64,000 bases of DNA, taken from positions 87,726-151,725 of the forward strand of contig CAYRUY010000001.1 of assembly GCA_964427455.1 (NCBI GenBank), written 5' to 3'. Positions 57,561-64,000 of this stretch are shown here, piece after piece (the first letter of the stretch is position 1; each line of letters begins with the position of its first letter). Source of the DNA: an uncultured Candidatus Bathyarchaeia archaeon (GTDB lineage: Archaea; Thermoproteota; CALKCG01; B24; JAWCPE01). Under the pieces are notes generated by a model. That model worked only from the letters and a program-made list of their open reading frames with translations, was not told where the DNA came from and ran no database searches. Position numbers and translations under genes: made by a program.

Positions 57561-58340
57561 TTGCGAACAGCTATCTTCGGGACGAACATGCCCCGTGTAT
57601 GGGCTTTCTTCGCCTCCCTGAACATAAGCTCTTTAACGGCGCGCCGCCTCCATCTGGCCTCGATGAAGGCGATGAAGTACGCTCGTCTGCTACCTTTCGA
57701 GCTTGAAAGGGAGCTTGCGAGAAAGCCTGTAGCCTACGTTCCCTGGGGCGCGTTGGAGTGGCATGGCGAACACATGGCGTTAGGCCAAGACGCGTTGAAG
57801 GTTGAGAAGATATGCGACATGACTGCGGCTAAGACAGGCGGCGTCGTGCTCCCCCTGCTGTTCATCGGCTATCATACGATGCAGCTACACGGCATGCCTT
57901 ACACGTTAGAGTTCAGCCGAGACCTTGTCAAAGCCACGTTCCTAGAGCTTGCCAAGCAACTGGAGCTGGCAAGCTTCAAGGTGATCGTGGTGCTCTGCGG
58001 CCACTACGGCCGGTCTCACCTCGCCGCGATCGCTGAAGCGGCGGAGGAGTACTCGAAGACGGGCAGAGCCAAGGTTCTCGCCCTGCCGGAGTACGCGCTA
58101 GTTGAGGATATGGGCTATCACGGCGACCACGCGGCTAAATGGGAGACCTCGATATTCTCGAGCCTCTACCCTGAGCTCGTGAACATGGAGCGGTTGCCTC
58201 GTGACCTCAACGTGCCCTTGAAAGGCGTCGGGGGAGAGGATCCCCGTATCCACGCCTCAACCGAGCTAGGCGTCAGGATAGTCTCAGCCATCGTTGAGAG
58301 ACTGGCTCAGAGAGTTGAGGCCTTGCTCGTGCAAGAGTAG
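57561..58340 (+). CDS. creatininase-family amidohydrolase (ArfB-like)
   Basis: PWGALEWHGEHMALGQD and CGHYG motifs of the creatininase fold. Confidence 0.7.
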   Translation: MRTAIFGTNMPRVWAFFASLNISSLTARRLHLASMKAMKYARLLPFELERELARKPVAYVPWGALEWHGEHMALGQDALKVEKICDMTAAKTGGVVLPLLFIGYHTMQLHGMPYTLEFSRDLVKATFLELAKQLELASFKVIVVLCGHYGRSHLAAIAEAAEEYSKTGRAKVLALPEYALVEDMGYHGDHAAKWETSIFSSLYPELVNMERLPRDLNVPLKGVGGEDPRIHASTELGVRIVSAIVERLAQRVEALLVQE

Positions 58341-58349
58341 GGCGAAATC

Positions 58350-59207
58350 CTACCTGAGGCCTGCGGCTGTCCAGACCTTGAGCAACGCGTCCCTCGTGAC
58401 TCTCACGGCTTCCAGAGCGGGCATCCCTCGAAGCTTCTGACTGAACGGCTCGGGGGTGACTGGCCCATCGTATCCTATGGCTTGGAGGCTTTCCAGAAAG
58501 CCTTTCAGGTCTATGACGCCCGTCTCGCCGGGCAGGCATCTCAGGTTGTCGATCTGCTCGTCCACCGGGACGCCTTTCGGGGCGTCGTTGATGTGCACGT
58601 AGACCACCTGGCTGCTTCTCAGCCTTCGCAGGTCTTCCACCGTGCCACGAGACGTGTACCAATGCCAGGAGTCGAGCAGGAGACCCACATTGCCGGTGCC
58701 GATCGCTTCGCAGAGCTCAAGCATGCCGTCCAGCGTGTAGATAAACTCATACCTGTGCCTCGCCCTAGAGGTCTTCGGCCCTATGAACTCCAGCCCCAAG
58801 CTACACCCATGCTCCGTTAGCAGACGGGCTATAGGTTCAAAGCGGTCCCTGTGCCAGTTGAAGTTCTCCTTGAACGGCCTCTCGTCTGAGAACGGGAGAA
58901 CCCAGGTCGGCACTCTTCTTGAATCGATACTCAAAGCTACCTCGGCGAGACGCGGGAGCTGAGCCAGCCCCTCACGGTATGCAGCCTCTTCTCCGCGCCA
59001 ATCCAATGGCAGGATCCAGCCTCCAGGCCGAACCCCGGCCTCTTCGAAGAGCCTCTTGACCTCTTCAAGCCCCTTCTCTTCGACATGCTTCGCAACCTCT
59101 CGGATGTCGACCTCTAGGCCCTCGAAGCCGACGCTCTTCGCGAGCTTGATCCCTTCGACAAGAGAGGCTTGGACGCCGATCGCGCCCAGGCTAAGATTTG
59201 TGAACAC
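58350..59207 (-). CDS. sugar-phosphate isomerase/epimerase (xylose-isomerase-like TIM barrel)
   Basis: Pattern of conserved Glu/His/Asp positions and length typical of PF01261. Confidence 0.6.
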   Translation of the reverse strand: MFTNLSLGAIGVQASLVEGIKLAKSVGFEGLEVDIREVAKHVEEKGLEEVKRLFEEAGVRPGGWILPLDWRGEEAAYREGLAQLPRLAEVALSIDSRRVPTWVLPFSDERPFKENFNWHRDRFEPIARLLTEHGCSLGLEFIGPKTSRARHRYEFIYTLDGMLELCEAIGTGNVGLLLDSWHWYTSRGTVEDLRRLRSSQVVYVHINDAPKGVPVDEQIDNLRCLPGETGVIDLKGFLESLQAIGYDGPVTPEPFSQKLRGMPALEAVRVTRDALLKVWTAAGLR

Positions 59208-59748
59208 CGGCCACCCTCCCCCTTGATCGTATCCCGTCTACCGGGTTCTGCGCTGATTAGTCTTTCCTACGGTTCTCGCGCTCTCAGGTCTGGCGGCTAC
59301 GATGCCTCTCTAGGTCCTCTCAGCTCAGCCGATTTCTTCGTGAAGAGGGGCTCTCTTATTGGGACCTAAAGGAAATAGCATAAATCCTTCAGCCGCGCAT
59401 AGTATAGATGCCTTGGAGCGTATCTGGGTTGGCGAGCGAGCGGCGGCTTAACCGTGCTGTCGCGGAGAGCAAGGAAACGTTTGGCCGCGACTACGTTTCA
59501 GCCTCGTATGGCACGGAGATACCGCCTGATAACCTGGAGGAGCTTCTGAAGAGCGGCGAGCCCGACGCGGAGAAGGAGCGCGGCCGCATTGTACTTGTGG
59601 CGTCCGGTACCAGCTTCAGAGCTGAGATGGAGGCGGCTGTGTCAAAGCGAGCGCAAAGGGCCGTCTCACTGGTCGGCTAGCGATCTGCGTGACTGGCAGT
59701 TGCGTCGCGCCTCAAAGCTGAGCTTCCCCGTCTGGTCTTGAGCAGGGA

Positions 59749-60642
59749 CTAGAGCAGGTAAAGCGCTGCGACGCCTAGGATCATCGAGACCGGCAGGGCA
59801 GGTAAGGGCCTCTCGTATCTTCTCAGGATAGTAAACGTTACGACCGCGCCGAGGTTGACCGCTGCCGCAACGATGAAGGCCCCAACCGGGCCCTTCATCA
59901 CCAGCCCCGCCGTAGTCATCACGGAATAGAAGACTAGGTCTCCGGCGCCGAGCCCCCTCTCTCCTATACGGAACATGAGGAGACCGAAGTCCTTGGGCTC
60001 CAGGTCCGACGCGATGGCTCCTAGGGGTCCCTTGAAGACCGTGTAGACATCGTACAGCGAGAGCGCTAAAGGCAAGATGAAGAGTGTAGGAGGCGTCAGG
60101 GCGTACCCGAGGAGCGCGCCGATCTCCGCGGACATGGTGACAGTCAGGATGCCGGAGAAAACATGCGACCTGGGGACGAGGATAGCCACGGAGAGGATGA
60201 GCGCGCCTGCCAAGACGAGCGTCAGATAGTCGGGAACCTGGACTAGGGAGACAACCAGAACCGTTATCGAGACTAGGGGTATCGCGGAGACCGCGAGGAT
60301 GACCTGTCTTAGGAACCGTCTTCCATACTTGAAGAGCAGATAGATCAGGACAGTCTCCGCGAGGACGATACCGATCAACCAGAGTGAGTTTAGAACAGCC
60401 TGGAAGGCCGAGACGTTCCCAGCGGGCATGAACACCTGACCTACAGCTTCCTGAAGCTCCGGTTCGCTTGCGAAGACCACGAGAAACGGGACTGCGAGGA
60501 ACTCCGTGGCAGCAATCCCAAGGAGCATGTAGCCGAAGACCGTTGGCTCCATATCCGCCTGGGCGCCGCGACCTCCCTCCCGAGGAGCCTGTCTGCTCTC
60601 ATCCCCCCGTCTGCTCGTGGGCGTCTCAGCCGCCATTTCCAT
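59749..60642 (-). CDS. presenilin/signal-peptide-peptidase homologue (intramembrane aspartyl protease)
   Basis: Polytopic. LSLYDVYTVF (YD), GLGAGDLVFYSV (GxGD) and PLPALPVSM (PAL) occur in the canonical order. Confidence 0.7.
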   Translation of the reverse strand: MEMAAETPTSRRGDESRQAPREGGRGAQADMEPTVFGYMLLGIAATEFLAVPFLVVFASEPELQEAVGQVFMPAGNVSAFQAVLNSLWLIGIVLAETVLIYLLFKYGRRFLRQVILAVSAIPLVSITVLVVSLVQVPDYLTLVLAGALILSVAILVPRSHVFSGILTVTMSAEIGALLGYALTPPTLFILPLALSLYDVYTVFKGPLGAIASDLEPKDFGLLMFRIGERGLGAGDLVFYSVMTTAGLVMKGPVGAFIVAAAVNLGAVVTFTILRRYERPLPALPVSMILGVAALYLL

Positions 60643-60799
60643 AGAACCCTCGTTCGAGAGTGGTCCTTCCCGGAGATCCTCTAGAGCATGAGGGTAGCCT
60701 GCGAGGCTAGTATAAGGGTTTATGAGCCGAGGCCCTGAGTAGCAGCGGCTAAAGGCAAACAGTCGCGGAGCCGCTGACCCCTCTGTTCGCTAGCCTTAA

Positions 60800-61672
60800 G
60801 TGGGCTACGCGTGGAGACGAGGCCTGCGTTGGGTCCAGACGGTGTTGAGAATGCGTGTCGCTCATGGGGACTTAAGCAAGGCTCGGGACGCGAGGGGCGC
60901 TCATGGAGGGGCGGGGATCCTCCGGTACATGTCGCTTTATGACAAGGACGCGTTTGAGACCCCCTGGCTCTTCGTTCACTGGGGAGCACTCAAGCCAAGT
61001 GGGGGCATCGGTTACCATGCACACAACGGCTGCGAAGAGATGTTTGCGATCTTCAGCAACAGGGCAAGGTTTACGCATAACAAGAACACGGCTGAGCTCT
61101 GGGGCCGCGTCTGCGTCCCCTGCCGCATGGGCGAGGCGCACGGCCTATACAATCCTACGACGGAGGACGCGTACTGGATGAACTTCTGCGTCGCCGGTCC
61201 CAGCGGCAAGTACGACTGTGAGGACTTCAAGGATGACCTCGTCAACGCGCCGCTCGGCCCAGTTGACAGGCTGCCGACCGGATGGTTCAGTAGGCCGGCG
61301 CTTACGCCGATGCCTTCCGCGTACGGCGGGAAGGGAACCATATTCTTCAGGAGGGTCTGGGGCCCGGAGGACTTCAAGACGAACTGGGGCTTCATCGGCC
61401 ACGTCGTCGTCCCGCCAGGTTGCTCGATAGGGTACCACACGCATAGGGGCATGGAGGAATGCTACGTGATCATCGACGGCCGGGGAAGGGTGACTGTAGA
61501 CGGTGAGACCCGCGAGGTCGGCCAGTGGGATGCTGTCCTCAACGCCCTAGGGGGATCACATGGCATCTGCAATCATACGGACCGCGACTTGGAGATCGTC
61601 AGCATGGCTGTCGCGGAAAAGAAAGGAAAGCTTGAGGCAGAAGACCTCGGAGACGACCTAGCAGGACGCTAG
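60800..61672 (+). CDS. bicupin protein
   Basis: Two cupin motif sets (GYHAHNGCEEMF and GYHTHRGMEECYVII). The start is probably downstream of 60800. Confidence 0.5.
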   Translation: MGYAWRRGLRWVQTVLRMRVAHGDLSKARDARGAHGGAGILRYMSLYDKDAFETPWLFVHWGALKPSGGIGYHAHNGCEEMFAIFSNRARFTHNKNTAELWGRVCVPCRMGEAHGLYNPTTEDAYWMNFCVAGPSGKYDCEDFKDDLVNAPLGPVDRLPTGWFSRPALTPMPSAYGGKGTIFFRRVWGPEDFKTNWGFIGHVVVPPGCSIGYHTHRGMEECYVIIDGRGRVTVDGETREVGQWDAVLNALGGSHGICNHTDRDLEIVSMAVAEKKGKLEAEDLGDDLAGR

Positions 61673-62163
61673 TCAGCCGTGCGGTCTAGGATGCGGACCG
61701 TGCCCAGGTGACAGGTGGGCATAGTATCCGGGAGGATGCCGGCCGCCGCTTCATCGTGCGTTCACAGCGCCTCTCACCATGCTTTACCGTGCGTTTCATG
61801 TGACCAAGGGAGCCCCCGGGAGGCCCTGATTCAACGGGAACATAGCGCGGACAGGCCCTAGTTGAGAACCCTCTTTCTCAGCCTTGAAAGCGGAGGTGTG
61901 GGCAGTCTGGCCTGCGATGCGGCTACGGCGCCCGAGGTGTTGACGATTCCCGAACCGTAGGCAACATGGGCGACGCAAGGAGCAGGGCTGCGAGCAAGAG
62001 GAGGCCCGGGCCCTTACGGCTTAACCCCAGCTCAGAAACCGTTTTCGATCACCGAATACACCGCTGCTATCCATGTTTCGGTTTTTTCGTGTCTGAGGCT
62101 GTGTGCCGTCTGAAGAAAGAATGATAAGGTGTTCAGCCTATCTCGAACGCCAGGGTTGGACAC

Positions 62164-62724
62164 ATGAAGAAGGTGGATGTCGAGCGTACACTTTGGTACC
62201 GATTGATGCACCCGATGCACACGGTCCTAGCCACTTGTGTCGACAGGGCTGGTAGGCCGAAAATAATCACTTTGGCCTGGGCGATGCCTATCTCAGCTCG
62301 TCCGCCTATGCTCGCGGTCTGCGTTGCGCCAGCCCGCTATTCTCACGCCCTCATCGCTGAGGCGAGAGAGTTCACCGTTAACGTTCCCACAGCGGAGATA
62401 GCAGACAAGGTCATGTTCTGCGGCGTCAAATCGGGACGTGACGGTGACAAGTTTCAAGCATGCGGCCTCACACCTAGGCCTGCGAAGGTGGTCAAGCCGC
62501 CGGTAATCCAAGAGTGTGTCGCACACCTAGAGTGCCGCGTGACCAAGCAGATCGACACCGGTGGCTCGCACACGCTCTTCCTAGCGGAGATAGTCGCCGG
62601 CTACGCGGATGAGGACGCGTTCACGAGCGGTGAACTCGACAACGAGAACGTCAGGACGCTATACTCGTCAGACTCGCGGCTCTTCACAACAGCGCCACAG
62701 GTCTTGTCCCAGAGGATTGACTAA
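62164..62724 (+). CDS. flavin-reductase-like FMN-binding protein
   Basis: Split-barrel flavin reductase pattern (VLATCVDRAGRPKIITLAWAMPIS). Confidence 0.65.
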   Translation: MKKVDVERTLWYRLMHPMHTVLATCVDRAGRPKIITLAWAMPISARPPMLAVCVAPARYSHALIAEAREFTVNVPTAEIADKVMFCGVKSGRDGDKFQACGLTPRPAKVVKPPVIQECVAHLECRVTKQIDTGGSHTLFLAEIVAGYADEDAFTSGELDNENVRTLYSSDSRLFTTAPQVLSQRID

Positions 62725-62881
62725 GCAGCCTGAAGAGCACTGATAAGGAAGGGCGGACGAGTGAGACGAGAATCGGAAGAACCTCGGGAATCTCTCCGCC
62801 TTCGCCGTAGCCTCACCTGAAGGGCAGCGGCCAGAGCCGTGTTCTACGCTGTTTCGAACGGCTGCGCCACCTTGCCGACTC

Positions 62882-63961
62882 TCACTCTGCCAGCGCGGCC
62901 AGAGCCACCTCCATCTCCGCAACGGCGGCTCTCTCTATCTTGCGGGCTTCCGCCAGGATTTCTCGCTCCCGTCCCTGGGCGTTAGCAGACCAGTCCTTCA
63001 CGGACCTCCCACTCCAAGGGCCGAGGAACGCATCTTTCTTGATGAACGCGGAGTCGAGGATCTCTAGCTCCTGTTGATACAGCGCCGCCGTCTGCTTGAG
63101 TGCCTCGCCGCCTCCACCCTGCAGGATCGTGCGGGCATCTTGCAGGGAGGATACGGCTGCATGTCGAGCGTCAAACAGGCAGTTGAAGTTCCACCAACTA
63201 ACGAAGAACAGCAGTTCCTGCTCCTTTCCTGTGAACTTGTCAACCTGGCCGAGATCCTCTATCCAAGATGCGAGGGCGGCGTCGCCGTACCGGTACTTGC
63301 CCTTCTCAGCAGGGACATAGCCGCGCCGCCAGTTCCGGACCGCGATGCTCAGAGCCTCGGTCAAGGCCGCATGGCGGAGCAGAGGCTCGGCGTAATCGAC
63401 GACGAAGATCAGCATGGGACCGAGTCTGGAAGCCGGGAGGCTGAGGGGCGTCTCGCCCTGGAAATAGTCGCGTAGAAGCAACGTCTTGCCGCCCTCCTCG
63501 TAGCCGTACACCACATCCATGTTCAGCCTCGGTTCGTAGGCGAGAACCGGTCTACCTGCGTCGATGGAAGCGACGATGCCCGGCGCGAAGCGCTCCATCT
63601 GCGGGTTTTCCTCCCCCAGAAGGACTTCCACCCGGAGCTGCCAACCTGTGGCCTTCTGGACCGCCGCGATCTCCTCTGGGAACTCGCCGACCGGGCTGGA
63701 CGGGCACCATCGCTGGCCGATGTCGCCTTGATACCATCGAACGCGGAAGGCTAGACCGGACAGGCCCATAATATCGGAGTACCTGTACGGATGTTCTGTT
63801 GCCGCCAGCGCTGCCTCGAGCGCTCCGGCGAAGGTGCATTCCCTGCCCTTTCCCCAGCCCAGTGTCGGTACACCGTCGATCCAGACCTTTCCGTTCTCAC
63901 GCTTCACCTTCGTGAGAGACCTTAACCGCTCGGTTTCCTTCATCGTCCTCTTCGCTCCCAT
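62882..63961 (-). CDS. hypothetical protein (possible BtrH-like N-terminal peptidase fold)
   Basis: 359 aa with a conserved Cys in GRECTFAGAL. Family call is very tentative. Confidence 0.25.
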   Translation of the reverse strand: MGAKRTMKETERLRSLTKVKRENGKVWIDGVPTLGWGKGRECTFAGALEAALAATEHPYRYSDIMGLSGLAFRVRWYQGDIGQRWCPSSPVGEFPEEIAAVQKATGWQLRVEVLLGEENPQMERFAPGIVASIDAGRPVLAYEPRLNMDVVYGYEEGGKTLLLRDYFQGETPLSLPASRLGPMLIFVVDYAEPLLRHAALTEALSIAVRNWRRGYVPAEKGKYRYGDAALASWIEDLGQVDKFTGKEQELLFFVSWWNFNCLFDARHAAVSSLQDARTILQGGGGEALKQTAALYQQELEILDSAFIKKDAFLGPWSGRSVKDWSANAQGREREILAEARKIERAAVAEMEVALAALAE

Positions 63962-64000
63962 TCAGCTCGAGTTTGATGCCGTCGTGTCGGTCTGCGGCTT

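Noticed and set aside
1-64000. CRISPR arrays, rRNA genes, transposases and integrases
   Set aside because: No short regularly spaced direct repeats, no rRNA-like conserved blocks and no DDE/tyrosine-recombinase-like ORFs were seen anywhere in the window.

Overview
This is a high-GC (about 60%) archaeal chromosomal window that is almost entirely protein-coding. The gene content points to a TACK/Thermoproteota-like archaeon. It carries an archaeal-type myo-inositol-1-phosphate synthase, aIF2-gamma, S6e, aIF5B and IleRS. It also carries a tungsten AOR, the MA1821/MA1822 homocysteine-synthesis pair, an H4MPT/pterin-type cluster (COG1767 CitG-like, DHPS-like, DmrX-like flavoprotein), a presenilin homologue and NucS. 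Two ABC importers are present: a BMP-family nucleoside importer with phosphopentomutase-like PGM and DeoC, and a Liv-type amino-acid importer flanked by two asparaginases and a secreted C69 peptidase. No CRISPR array, rRNA or integrase was seen. The most notable findings are RNA-level. First, the aIF5B (infB) reading frame is only restored if two structured inserts of 29 nt and 32 nt near the P-loop are removed; these are candidate BHB-type pre-mRNA mini-introns. Second, a 1-kb non-coding stretch holds a tRNA-like gene whose T-arm is interrupted by a 30-nt hairpin (T-loop 59/60) with further inserts in the D-loop and anticodon region. Third, a conserved element of about 170 nt occurs twice (11.07-11.24 kb and 18.99-19.17 kb): one copy runs into the tRNA 5' end, the other abuts a low-GC island encoding an NDT/DNPH1-like protein next to deoC. 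Fourth, an IleRS has substitutions in both class-I catalytic signatures (HxGH to GVHH, KMSKS to EMHKS). Several genes look truncated or lack a start codon (ADH remnant, URO-D-like, permease tail). These could be assembly artefacts or further unrecognised small introns.
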